DNA from: an uncultured Actinomycetes bacterium
GTDB taxonomy: Bacteria; Actinomycetota; UBA4738; HRBIN12
Length of the DNA stretch: 64,000 nucleotides
Direction: 5' to 3'
NCBI GenBank assembly: GCA_963704885.1
Contig: CAVPIB010000001.1
Location: 800,001-864,000 of the forward strand
The translations under genes and the position numbers were made by a program. The notes beneath the pieces are model-generated. The model was not told the origin of the DNA. It was given only the letters and a program-made list of their open reading frames with translations, and searched no databases. How positions within the stretch are numbered: position 1 is the first letter of the stretch; each line of letters begins with the position of its first letter. Positions 33,436 to 42,889 of this stretch are shown here, one piece after another.

Positions 33436-34401
33436 TCAGGCGTCGGCGGGTTCGGCCGGGATCGCGCCCATCCTCCCGGCCTGGTAGTCCTCGACCGCTT
33501 GGATGATCTCGGCCTTGGTGTTCATGACGAACGGCCCGTACCAGGCGATCGGCTCCTCGATCGGCCGGCCGCCCAGGAGCAGGACCTCCATGGACGGGGT
33601 GCGCGAGTCCTGCACCTGATCGGCGGAGAGCTCCAGCCAGTCGCCCTCACCGTAGATCCCCAGCAGGCCCTCACCTATCGCCCGGTCGCGACCCTCGGGT
33701 CCCACGCGGCCGGTTCCAGCGAGCACGTAGACGAGAGCGTTGAAGTCCGTTCGCCATGGGACGCGCAGCCGCGCGCCCGCCGAGAGCGTGGCGTGTGCGT
33801 ACGTGATCGGGGTGCGGGTGCTGCCGGGTCCACCGTGGCCGTCGATCGCTCCGGCGATCACTCGGACGACGGCTCCGCCATCGTCCGAGGCCAGGAACGC
33901 CACGTTCTGCGAACCGATGTCCTGGTAGCGGGGCGGGCTCCACTTCTGATCCGCCGGCAGGTTCACCCAAAGCTGGATCCCGTGGAACAGACCACCACCG
34001 TCCAGGAGGTCCTCCGTGGGCATCTCCGAATGCACGATGCCCGCGCCGGCCGTCATCCACTGGGTGGCGCCGTCGGTGATCACCCCGCCGCCGCCGTTCG
34101 AGTCGCGGTGCCTGATCTTGCCGTCGATCATGTAGGTCACGGTCTCGAAGCCGCGGTGGGGATGATCGGGCGCGCCCTTTGCCTCGCCCGGCGCGTACTC
34201 GACCGCGCCCATGTGATCTAGCAGCAGGAACGGGTCGGCCAGGCGCAGGTCGATCCCGGCGAACGCTCTGCGGACCTCGAAGCCCTCGCCTTCCAGGAAA
34301 CGGGGGGCGTCGACAACGGCGACCACCTCGCGGGAGGTGCCCGCGTCGGGACGTGAGATCCGCGGGAGCGCGAGCGGGTCGTCGGGGGTCACGGCTGGCA
34401 T
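33436..34401 (-). CDS. Pirin family protein
   Basis: DPFLLLD, HPHRGFETVTY, QWMTAG.GIVHSE, QLWVNLP, YGPFVMNT; ATG 34401. Confidence 0.95.
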   Translation of the reverse strand: MPAVTPDDPLALPRISRPDAGTSREVVAVVDAPRFLEGEGFEVRRAFAGIDLRLADPFLLLDHMGAVEYAPGEAKGAPDHPHRGFETVTYMIDGKIRHRDSNGGGGVITDGATQWMTAGAGIVHSEMPTEDLLDGGGLFHGIQLWVNLPADQKWSPPRYQDIGSQNVAFLASDDGGAVVRVIAGAIDGHGGPGSTRTPITYAHATLSAGARLRVPWRTDFNALVYVLAGTGRVGPEGRDRAIGEGLLGIYGEGDWLELSADQVQDSRTPSMEVLLLGGRPIEEPIAWYGPFVMNTKAEIIQAVEDYQAGRMGAIPAEPADA

Positions 34402-34451
34402 GTCGCTGACAACCGTACCGCCGCCGGAGGCATTCCGCCTTGGTGCCCTGG

Positions 34452-34510
34452 TAGCCTGAGGTACATGAAGGTGTGACGCCCATCCGGGAGCGGGTGGGCG
34501 TTCTGCGTTT
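34452..34510 (+). promoter_or_regulatory. Candidate attenuator: -10 box, leaderless mini-ORF MKV* (34465-34476) and terminator hairpin upstream of guaB3
   Basis: TAGCCT-N7-ATGAAGGTGTGA; stem ACGCCCATCCG-GGAG-CGGGTGGGCGT (34476-34501) then TCTGCGTTT. Confidence 0.6.
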
Positions 34511-34545
34511 CCGGGTTGCAGACGAGCGAGGCGGGGGTAGCGGGC

Positions 34546-35706
34546 ATGGAGTACGAGATCGGCATCGGCAAGACCGGCCGCCGGGCCTATGGCCTGGACG
34601 AGGTCGCGATCGTTCCGTCTCGACGGACCCGGGACCCCGACGACGTGGACATCAGCTGGGAGATCGACGCCTACACCTTCCCCTTGCCCATGATGGCCTC
34701 GGCGATGGACGCGTCGGTCTCGCCTACCACGGCGATCGAGATCGGGCGCCTGGGCGGCCTTGCCTGCCTGAACCTGGAGGGGCTGCAGACGCGCTACGAG
34801 GACCCCGAGCCGATCTTCGAGGAGATCGCGTCGCTGCCCGACGAGAAGGCGACTCGGCGCATGCAGGACCTCTACAAGGAGCCGGTCAAGCCCGAGCTGG
34901 TCGTGCAGCGGATCAAGGAGATCAAGCAGGGCGGCGTAGTCTCCAGCGCCTCGCTCACGCCGCAGCGGGTGACCGAGTACGCCCCGCTCGTGCTTGAGGC
35001 CGAGTTGGACATCCTGGTGATCCAGGGAACGGTGGTCTCCGCCGAGCACGTCTCCACGAAGACCGAGCCGCTCAACCTGAAGGAGTTCATCGCCACGTTC
35101 GACCTGCCGGTGATCGTGGGCGGGTGCGCGTCGTACTCGACCGCGCTGCACCTGATGCGCACCGGCGCCGTCGGCGTGCTGGTCGGCGTCGGACCTGGGA
35201 ACGCGTGCACCACGCGCGGTGTGATCGGGGTCGGGGTGCCGCAGGCCACGGCGATCGCCGACGCGGCGGCGGCGCGGCGCGAGCATCAACACGAGACCGG
35301 CCGCTACTGCCACGTGATCGCGGACGGCGGTCTGCGGACCGGCGGCGACATCGCGAAGGCGATCGCCTGCGGGGCCGACGCGGTGATGATGGGCTCGCCG
35401 CTCACGCGCGCGTACGAGGCGCCGGGCAAGGGGTACCACTGGGGGATGGCGACGTTCCATCCGACGCTCCCTAGAGGGGCACGCGTGAGGACGCAGCAGG
35501 TCGCCTCGCTCGAGGAGATCCTCACCGGTCCCGCCCACGAGAACGACGGCACGTTCAACCTGTTCGGCGCGCTCGCCACCAGCATGGCCACCACCGGCTA
35601 CGCGAACGTGAAGGAATTCCAGAAGGCGGAGCTAGTGATCGCGCCCGCGATCAAGACCGAGGGCAAGATCTACCAGACCCAGCAGCGCGTGGGGATGGGC
35701 CACTGA
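34546..35706 (+). CDS. guaB: GuaB3-family IMP dehydrogenase-related protein
   Basis: [49 protein letters not shown]; ATG 34546. Confidence 0.92.
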   Translation: MEYEIGIGKTGRRAYGLDEVAIVPSRRTRDPDDVDISWEIDAYTFPLPMMASAMDASVSPTTAIEIGRLGGLACLNLEGLQTRYEDPEPIFEEIASLPDEKATRRMQDLYKEPVKPELVVQRIKEIKQGGVVSSASLTPQRVTEYAPLVLEAELDILVIQGTVVSAEHVSTKTEPLNLKEFIATFDLPVIVGGCASYSTALHLMRTGAVGVLVGVGPGNACTTRGVIGVGVPQATAIADAAAARREHQHETGRYCHVIADGGLRTGGDIAKAIACGADAVMMGSPLTRAYEAPGKGYHWGMATFHPTLPRGARVRTQQVASLEEILTGPAHENDGTFNLFGALATSMATTGYANVKEFQKAELVIAPAIKTEGKIYQTQQRVGMGH

Positions 35707-37256
35707 AACCACAGCCCGACGACGCGCCGCGGGGGGTCCTGGTCGTCGACCTCGGGGCGCAGTACGCGCAGCTGATCGCGCGGCGCGTCCGGGAGTGTCA
35801 CGTCTATTCGGAGATCGTCGCTTTCGACACGCCGGTTTCGGATCTTCGGAAGATGCGGCCCGCGGGGCTCATCCTGTCCGGAGGCCCTGCGTCGGTCTAC
35901 GAGGAAGGTGCGCCCCGTGTCGATCCGCGGATCTTCGACCTGGGAGTACCGGTGCTCGGGATCTGTTACGGCCACCAGCTCATGACGCAGGCGCTGGGCG
36001 GTGAGGTCGCGGCTACTGGTCAGCGCGAGTACGGAGGCGTGACCCTGCACCTGGATAGGGCCGGCGTGTTGTTGGCCGACATGCACGAGACCGAGCCGGT
36101 TTGGATGAGCCACGGCGATGCGGTCGTTCGCGAACCTGAAGGGTTCCGAGTGACCGCGCACACCGACACCATCCCGATCGCCGCCATGGAAGACCCCGAG
36201 CGCGGCCTATACGCGGTGCAGTTCCACCCGGAGGTCAGTCACACGCCGAAAGGCTTGGCGATCATGAAGCGGTTCCTCTACGAGGGTTGCGGACTGCTTC
36301 CCGACTGGACCCCGGTGAACGTGATCGAACGTGCGGTGCAGGCGATCCGCGATCAGGTCGGGGACGCGGAGGTGCTCTGCGCGCTGTCCGGTGGCGTCGA
36401 TTCGTCCGTCGCCGCTCTGCTGGTGCACCGTGCGATCGGGGAACAGCTCACCTGCGTCTTCGTCGACCACGGCCTGAACCGTGAGGACGAGCCCGATCAG
36501 GTCGAGGAGACGTTCGCCCGCCACTTCCGCGTGCCGCTCGTGCACGTGAAGGCCGCCGACCGGTTCCTGGCGAAGCTGACCGGCGTCACCGATCCGGAGC
36601 GCAAGCGCAAGACGATCGGCGAGGAGTTCATCCGCGTATTCGAGGAGGTCGCGCACGAGCATTCGGGCGCGCGGTTCCTGGTGCAGGGGACGCTCTACCC
36701 CGATGTTATCGAGTCGGGCTCGGCCACCGCCGCGAACATCAAGAGCCATCACAACGTGGGCGGGCTCCCCGAGGACATGGAGCTGGAGCTTGTCGAACCG
36801 CTTCGCGAGTTGTTCAAAGACGAGGTCCGCGAGGTGGGCTCCGAGCTCGGTCTGCCCGAGGAGATCGTGTGGCGTCAGCCGTTCCCGGGGCCCGGTCTGG
36901 CGGTGCGGATAGTCGGGGAAGTGACCGCCGAGCGGCTGGCCATGTTGCGTGGCGCCGATCACATCGTCCGCGACGAGATCCGGCGGGCCGGCTTGGAACG
37001 CGATACGTGGCAGGCGTTCGCGGTGCTGCTCGCCGACGTGCAGTCAGTCGGCGTGATGGGCGATGGGCGGACCTACGAACACCCCGTGATCCTGCGGGTC
37101 GTCACGAGTGAGGACGCCATGACCGCCGACTGGGCGCGCCTACCACACGACCTGCTCGATCGTATCTCCAGCCGGATCGTGCGCGAGGTCCACGGCGTGA
37201 ACCGCGTGGCCTACGACATCACCTCGAAGCCCCCCGGCACCATCGAATGGGAGTGA
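35703..37256 (+). CDS. guaA: GMP synthase (glutamine-hydrolysing); start probably CTG 35703
   Basis: [20 protein letters not shown] in frame upstream of ATG 35853; [33 protein letters not shown]. Confidence 0.95.
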   Translation: MKPQPDDAPRGVLVVDLGAQYAQLIARRVRECHVYSEIVAFDTPVSDLRKMRPAGLILSGGPASVYEEGAPRVDPRIFDLGVPVLGICYGHQLMTQALGGEVAATGQREYGGVTLHLDRAGVLLADMHETEPVWMSHGDAVVREPEGFRVTAHTDTIPIAAMEDPERGLYAVQFHPEVSHTPKGLAIMKRFLYEGCGLLPDWTPVNVIERAVQAIRDQVGDAEVLCALSGGVDSSVAALLVHRAIGEQLTCVFVDHGLNREDEPDQVEETFARHFRVPLVHVKAADRFLAKLTGVTDPERKRKTIGEEFIRVFEEVAHEHSGARFLVQGTLYPDVIESGSATAANIKSHHNVGGLPEDMELELVEPLRELFKDEVREVGSELGLPEEIVWRQPFPGPGLAVRIVGEVTAERLAMLRGADHIVRDEIRRAGLERDTWQAFAVLLADVQSVGVMGDGRTYEHPVILRVVTSEDAMTADWARLPHDLLDRISSRIVREVHGVNRVAYDITSKPPGTIEWE

Positions 37257-37257
37257 C

Positions 37258-37773
37258 GTGAACGAGCGCGAGCGCTTGGTCCTGGAACCTGGCAGTGTGG
37301 ATGCAGAGATCGGACGGTGGCTCGCCGCGTTCGAAGAGGCGCGCCGTGACACCATGCAGGTGCTCGCTGAGATCCCCGCGGAGACCGTGGATCGCGAACC
37401 GGGCGACGGCGGCGACTCCTTGGGCACCGTTCTGTATCACGTGGCGTTGGTCGAGGCGGACTGGGTGTTCACAGATGTACTGGATCGGCAAGACCGGATC
37501 CCGCGCGAGCTGTTCCCTTTCGATGATCGGGTCGAGGACGGACACCTTATGCCTGTGGTGGGCGAGTCGATGGAGCGTCACCTGGACAGGCTGGCCCAGA
37601 CGCGGATGCTCGTGCTGGACGTGCTGCGGTCGATGTCACAGGAGGACTTCCACCGGGCGCACGCGCGCGAGAGCTTCGATGTGGCGGCCGACTGGGTCGT
37701 GTTCCACCTGATCGACCACGAGGTGGAGCATCGCGTGCGGATCTCGGCGCTCCGCGACGCCTTCCGCGTCTAG
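37258..37773 (+). CDS. DinB family protein
   Basis: SLG.VLYHVALVE..W and WVVFHLIDHEVEH His-triad pattern. Confidence 0.85.
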   Translation: MNERERLVLEPGSVDAEIGRWLAAFEEARRDTMQVLAEIPAETVDREPGDGGDSLGTVLYHVALVEADWVFTDVLDRQDRIPRELFPFDDRVEDGHLMPVVGESMERHLDRLAQTRMLVLDVLRSMSQEDFHRAHARESFDVAADWVVFHLIDHEVEHRVRISALRDAFRV

Positions 37774-37776
37774 GGC

Positions 37777-38436
37777 TCAGTCGACGCGGTCGGCGATGAC
37801 GATGAGACGCTGGCTGGACGAGTAGCGCGGATGGCACGTGGTGAGCACCAGCGTCGGTTCTGGCGTCTGTGTCAGCACGACGCCCGAACCGGCAGAGGGG
37901 ATCACGAACACCTCCGACACCGCGTATGTGAACGTGCCGTATTCGGTCCGCAGTGTGATCTCGTCGCCCGTCTGCAGCTCATCCAGGTTGTAGAACGGGT
38001 GGAGGTACGTCGTGCGGTGTCCTGCGATCCCGACGCGGCCGCTCGCGTCCCACGGGTCGGCGGTGTCGGGGTAGTGGCCCGGGCCCTTCTTCAGTGATTC
38101 CTCGTCGGTGCCATGGACCACGATCATGTCTAGGTCGAGCTTGGGGATGATCAGCTCGGAGTAGGCCTGACCCCTTAGCGGCAGAGCGGTGGATCCGGGC
38201 GGGGGCGCTTCCGATATGGGCTTCGTTCCCACGACGCGCTCGAAGCCCTGTCGCAGGTCGTTCTGCGCGGCCTGCGTCTCAAGGCCGGTGCCCCAGAGCA
38301 GCCAGGCTATGTAGCCGCCGAGACCGGCCGCCACCATCAGGCAGGCGACACCGAACCACTTGAGGATCAGTCCACCCAGCGGTCTGTGGACGTGAGGCGT
38401 GGTTCGAGCTAGGGGAAGGGAGGCGTCGGTAGCCAC
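37777..38436 (-). CDS. Class E sortase
   Basis: N-terminal TM, LKKGPGHY, AGHRTTY, LTTCHP, RLIV. Confidence 0.92.
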   Translation of the reverse strand: MATDASLPLARTTPHVHRPLGGLILKWFGVACLMVAAGLGGYIAWLLWGTGLETQAAQNDLRQGFERVVGTKPISEAPPPGSTALPLRGQAYSELIIPKLDLDMIVVHGTDEESLKKGPGHYPDTADPWDASGRVGIAGHRTTYLHPFYNLDELQTGDEITLRTEYGTFTYAVSEVFVIPSAGSGVVLTQTPEPTLVLTTCHPRYSSSQRLIVIADRVD

Positions 38437-38516
38437 GGTCGGACCAGCGTACCGGCGGGTCGGTGTACGAACAACGAGCCGGCGTGCCGGTCCTGGCCTC
38501 CACCTACAATCGACCC

Positions 38517-40802
38517 GTGGGCGCCCCGGTCTCCCCGTTGCTAGAAGGCCTGAACGACATCCAGGCCGAGGCCGTCCTGCACACGGAGGGCCCCGTCCTG
38601 ATCGTGGCTGGGGCCGGCTCCGGGAAGACCCGTGCCCTCACGCACCGGATCGCCTACCTGATCCGTGAGCACGACGTGTCGCCCGGCGCCATCTTGGCCA
38701 TCACGTTCACCAACAAGGCCGCGCGCGAGATGGTCGATCGCGTGGAGGGCCTACTGGGCGGCCGCGTGGCCAAGTTCATGTGGATCCTCACTTTCCACTC
38801 GACCTGTGCGCGGATCCTCAGACGGGAGCACACCCACCTGGGCGTACCGAGCAGCTTCACCATCTACGACGACGGCGACACCGAGCGCCTGATCTCCGGG
38901 ATCTTGAAAGACCTCGACCTGGATCCCAAGCGGTTCCCGCCGAAGGCGATGGCGGCCGGGATCGGCCGCGCGAAGGATCAGGTGCAGTCGGCCGACGATT
39001 ACGCGCGCAACGCCGACAACTTCTACGAGGAGACTATCGCCAAGGTCTACACCGAGTACGAGCGTCGCAAGCGCGCGGCGGGCGCGCTCGATTTCGACGA
39101 CCTGATCAGCGAGACGGTCCGCCTGTTCGATGATCACCCGGAGGTCTTGCAGCACTACCAGGAGCGGTTCCGCTACGTCCTGGTCGACGAGTACCAGGAC
39201 ACGAACCGCGCACAGTATCGGTTGGTCAACCAGCTCGCCGCCAAGCATCGCAACGTCTGCGTGGTCGGCGATGCAGACCAAGGTGTGTACTCGTGGCGCG
39301 GCGCAACCATCAAGAACATCCTGGACTTCGAGCGCGACTACCCCGACGCGGCGGTCTTCCTGATGGAGCAGAACTACCGCTCCACCCAGAACATCCTGGA
39401 GATCGCGAACGCGCTCATCGAACACAACGTTCAGCGCAAGCCGAAGAGCCTGTGGACCGAGGCGGGGAACGGCGACCTAACCGTGCAGTACCGCGCGGAG
39501 GACGAGCACGACGAGGCGTTCTTCCTGGCAGATGAGATCGAGCGGCTGCGCCAGTCCGAGGGATATCGCTATCGCGACATGGCCATCTTCTACCGCACCA
39601 ACGCGCAATCGCGGGTGATAGAGGACGTGCTGATTCGCGTGGGAAGCCCGTACCGCGTGTTCGGCGGCGTGAGGTTCTATCAACGGAGAGAGATCAAGGA
39701 CGTGCTGGGCTACCTGCGGCTGCTCCTGAACCCGCAGGACGTGATCTCGTTCCGTCGCGTCGTGAACATGCCGAAGCGCGGGATAGGCGACGCCACCGTG
39801 ACCACGCTGGAGGCGTTCGCGCGAGACGAGGAGATCTCCGTCGTCGAGGCCTGCCGGCGCGTAGACCAGATCGCCACGCTCCAGTCGCGCGCGAAGGGTG
39901 CGGTCTTCGGATTCGTGCAGGTGATGGATGCGCTGCAGCATCACTGGGAGGACGGCGCGGGACCGGCTCGCATGGTCGAGTTCGCGGGGCTGGAGTCGGG
40001 CTACATGACCGAGCTGGAGGAGGATCGAACCGTCGAGGCACAAGGCCGGATCGAGAACCTGCAGGAGTTGGCCGGCGTGGCCGCCGAGATCGTGGCGCGA
40101 GAGCCCGATACCGACCTGGCCGGGTTCCTGGAGCAAGTCTCGCTGGTGGGCGAGCAGGACGAGTACGACGAGGACGAGTCGGCGATCACGCTGATGACGC
40201 TCCACATCGCCAAGGGCTTGGAGTTCCCGGTTGTGTTCATGGTGGGCATGGAGGACGGGATCTTCCCGCACTACCGCTCCATGACCGACACGGCGGCCCT
40301 GGAAGAGGAGCGGCGCCTGGCCTACGTTGGCATCACCCGAGCGCAGAAGCGTCTCTACTTATGTCACGCGTGGAGCCGAACCTTGTTCGGCCAAACCCAG
40401 TACAACCCGCCCTCCAGGTTCCTGGCCGAGCTCCCCGAACACTTGATGGAGCTGAAGGAGCATGAGTCACGCTCGCGGCCGCGGCGTGACGGGCGTCCGG
40501 CGGCGCGGACCTCGCTGGAGCAGCGCGGCGCGGCTGGTGGGCACTCGGTGATTGGACTGCCGGGGGCGTCCGGTCGCGTGGACGTGGAGAACGGATGGAC
40601 ACCGCCTAAGCCGGCCGGAGTAGCCAAACAGCCTTCGGTCCCGATCGATGCGGGCGACACGGTGATCCACGATCGCTGGGGCGAGGGCGTGGTGCTCACC
40701 GTGAGCGGGATGGGCGACGACGCGGAGGCCACGATCACGTTCTCGGACGTGGGGGAGAAGCGGGTGCTCCTGGCCTACGCTCCGCTCAAGAAGGTCGGCT
40801 GA
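38517..40802 (+). CDS. pcrA: ATP-dependent DNA helicase PcrA/UvrD
   Basis: AGAGSGKT, TFTNKAA, DEYQD, QNYRS, KGLEF, EERRLAYVGITRA, C-terminal Tudor-like domain; TACAAT-N6-GTG 38517. Confidence 0.96.
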   Translation: MGAPVSPLLEGLNDIQAEAVLHTEGPVLIVAGAGSGKTRALTHRIAYLIREHDVSPGAILAITFTNKAAREMVDRVEGLLGGRVAKFMWILTFHSTCARILRREHTHLGVPSSFTIYDDGDTERLISGILKDLDLDPKRFPPKAMAAGIGRAKDQVQSADDYARNADNFYEETIAKVYTEYERRKRAAGALDFDDLISETVRLFDDHPEVLQHYQERFRYVLVDEYQDTNRAQYRLVNQLAAKHRNVCVVGDADQGVYSWRGATIKNILDFERDYPDAAVFLMEQNYRSTQNILEIANALIEHNVQRKPKSLWTEAGNGDLTVQYRAEDEHDEAFFLADEIERLRQSEGYRYRDMAIFYRTNAQSRVIEDVLIRVGSPYRVFGGVRFYQRREIKDVLGYLRLLLNPQDVISFRRVVNMPKRGIGDATVTTLEAFARDEEISVVEACRRVDQIATLQSRAKGAVFGFVQVMDALQHHWEDGAGPARMVEFAGLESGYMTELEEDRTVEAQGRIENLQELAGVAAEIVAREPDTDLAGFLEQVSLVGEQDEYDEDESAITLMTLHIAKGLEFPVVFMVGMEDGIFPHYRSMTDTAALEEERRLAYVGITRAQKRLYLCHAWSRTLFGQTQYNPPSRFLAELPEHLMELKEHESRSRPRRDGRPAARTSLEQRGAAGGHSVIGLPGASGRVDVENGWTPPKPAGVAKQPSVPIDAGDTVIHDRWGEGVVLTVSGMGDDAEATITFSDVGEKRVLLAYAPLKKVG

Positions 40803-40809
40803 GCCCGGG

Positions 40810-40971
40810 TCAGCGGAACAGGGCGAGGTACGCGGCGACCACGATGACCAGGCCGGCGACGATCGGGGCGATCACCCATGCCAGGCCGAGTCGGCCACGA
40901 TAGGGTCCGAGGGTGCCGACCTTGGTGGTGGGCTTGAGGCCCGGGGGGCGGATCTGGAACCGTTTGGGCAT
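40810..40971 (-). CDS. Small single-TM protein (53 aa)
   Basis: MPKRFQIRPPGLKPTTKVGTLGPYRGRLGLAWVIAPIVAGLVIVVAAYLALFR; TATACT-N8-ATG. Confidence 0.6.
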   Translation of the reverse strand: MPKRFQIRPPGLKPTTKVGTLGPYRGRLGLAWVIAPIVAGLVIVVAAYLALFR

Positions 40972-40996
40972 GAGAACCGAGTATAGGAGTGGCCCG

Positions 40997-42889
40997 ATGA
41001 GCCGAACGAGACGAGCTGTCGCTGTGGTGTTGGTTGCCGCCACGCTTCCGGCCCTCGGCCTCACCGTCCCCGCGGCCGACGCCGCCGCAGGTTCGATCAT
41101 CCGGGTGAACCAGGTCGGCTACCTGCAGAACGAGCCCAAGCGCGCCTACCTGATGACGGACAAGCTGCGTGGTGGCGACGCATTCGATGTGGTGGACGTC
41201 ACGGGCGCAACGGTCTGGTCTGGAACCGTAGGCAAGGACCTGGGCCGCTGGAACTCGAGCTACCCGCACGTCTTCGCTATCGACTTCGATCCGGTCACAT
41301 CACCGGCGACCTACACGATCCGTGTGGGCGGCCTTTCGTCGCCTGCGCTCAAGATCGTCAGCGGGTCGGCCTATCGTTCGCTCATCACTAACTCGCTCCT
41401 GTTCTTCCAAGGGCAGCGCGACGGCGCGGACACGACCAACTTCGTTCTCAACCGGCAGCCGAGCCATCTGCACGACCGGAAGGCGTCGGTGTACGTGCCG
41501 CGCTACGTGCACGGCCGCCTGATCGGGATGAAGCAGGTAGGCGGCCCGGTCGACGTGGCCGGCGGCTGGTTCGACGCCGGTGACTACCTGAAGTTCGTGG
41601 GCACCACGTCGTTCGCGACCTGGCTCATGCTCACCGCGGTCAGGGACGATCCCGCGTTCTTCGGCGCGAGCGGGCCGAAGCTCACCGACGAGGCCGAGCG
41701 CGGGATCCGGTGGCTCCTCAAGATGTGGGACGGCGGGAAGAAGGTCCTTTACACGCAGGTGGGGATCGGCAACGGAGGTCCGGGCATCCGCGGCGACCAC
41801 GACCTCTGGCGGACCCCGGAGTCCGATGACGGTTCGCGGGGCAAGGCGAACCGCTTCCTGGCACATCGTCCCGTGTTCCGCGCGGGTCCTCCAGGTGCAA
41901 AGCTCCCCCCGTCGCTCGCCGGGCGGTTCGCGGCGGCGATGGGTCTCTGCTACCAGGTGCTCCACCCGACCCTCGAGTCCGCGCTCGCCGACAGGTGCCT
42001 GCGCGCCGGTGAGCAGGTGTTCGCCCAAGCCAAGACGTCGAACGTCGGGATCCAGCAGATCACGCAGCCCAACACCTACTACCGCGAGGTCGAGTGGCGC
42101 GACGACCTGGAGCTGGGTGCTGTCGAGCTGAGCGTGGCGCTCCGTCAGGCCACATCACTCCCATCCGGCTTGCTCCATGAGGATCCGGCCTTCTACCTGA
42201 AGAGCGCCGCGAAGTGGGCCAACGCGTACATCCTTGGACCGACCACCGGAACGGACACCTTCAACCTCTACGACGTGAGCGGCCTGGCGCATCACGAGCT
42301 GTATCGCGCGATGGTCGCGGCCGGGAACCCGACGAACCTGGCCGTCAGCAAGGGCGATCTGGTGGCCGATCTGCGGCACCAGCTGGATCCGGCTCTCAAC
42401 CGCGCCAGGAACGATCCGTTCGGCTACGGGTGGCGCCGGCGGGACCCGGTGCCCCACGCCTTCGGACTGGCGATCCAAGCGCTCGCTTACCAGTCCATCA
42501 CCGGGGACGCCCGTTACGGCGATGTCTGGCGGCACCAGGTCGACTGGGCGCTGGGCGCCAATGCGTGGGGTACTTCGTTCGTGGTGGGCGCCGGCGCCAC
42601 CTTCCCGGAGTGCCTCCACCACCAGGTGGCGAACCTGGTCGGAGCCCTGGACGGAACGTCCCCGCTCCTGCTGGGTGCAACCGTCGCCGGACCTTCCAGC
42701 ACTGTCGTGGGAGGTGGGTTCTTCGGTAACGCGAACGATTGCCCCCCGGGCGGCGGGAACGCGTTCAAGGCGTTCGACCAGTCGAACTGGCACTACGTGG
42801 ATCGTCTGCGGTCCTGGTCAACGGTGGAGCCGTCGCTCGACTACACGGCGCTATCGATGCTCACGTTCGCCAGATTGCAGGGTCGCTAG
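40997..42889 (+). CDS. Secreted glycoside hydrolase family 9 (Ig-like CelD-N plus catalytic domain)
   Basis: Signal peptide, IRVNQVGY, GGWFDAGDYLKF, LGAN.WG.SF.VG, STVEP.LDYTA. Confidence 0.9.
   Translation: MSRTRRAVAVVLVAATLPALGLTVPAADAAAGSIIRVNQVGYLQNEPKRAYLMTDKLRGGDAFDVVDVTGATVWSGTVGKDLGRWNSSYPHVFAIDFDPVTSPATYTIRVGGLSSPALKIVSGSAYRSLITNSLLFFQGQRDGADTTNFVLNRQPSHLHDRKASVYVPRYVHGRLIGMKQVGGPVDVAGGWFDAGDYLKFVGTTSFATWLMLTAVRDDPAFFGASGPKLTDEAERGIRWLLKMWDGGKKVLYTQVGIGNGGPGIRGDHDLWRTPESDDGSRGKANRFLAHRPVFRAGPPGAKLPPSLAGRFAAAMGLCYQVLHPTLESALADRCLRAGEQVFAQAKTSNVGIQQITQPNTYYREVEWRDDLELGAVELSVALRQATSLPSGLLHEDPAFYLKSAAKWANAYILGPTTGTDTFNLYDVSGLAHHELYRAMVAAGNPTNLAVSKGDLVADLRHQLDPALNRARNDPFGYGWRRRDPVPHAFGLAIQALAYQSITGDARYGDVWRHQVDWALGANAWGTSFVVGAGATFPECLHHQVANLVGALDGTSPLLLGATVAGPSSTVVGGGFFGNANDCPPGGGNAFKAFDQSNWHYVDRLRSWSTVEPSLDYTALSMLTFARLQGR

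Noticed and set aside
37777-42889. Sortase-substrate pairing with GH9 or the TIMP-like protein
   Set aside because: Neither has an LPxTG/LAxTG plus TM plus basic tail.
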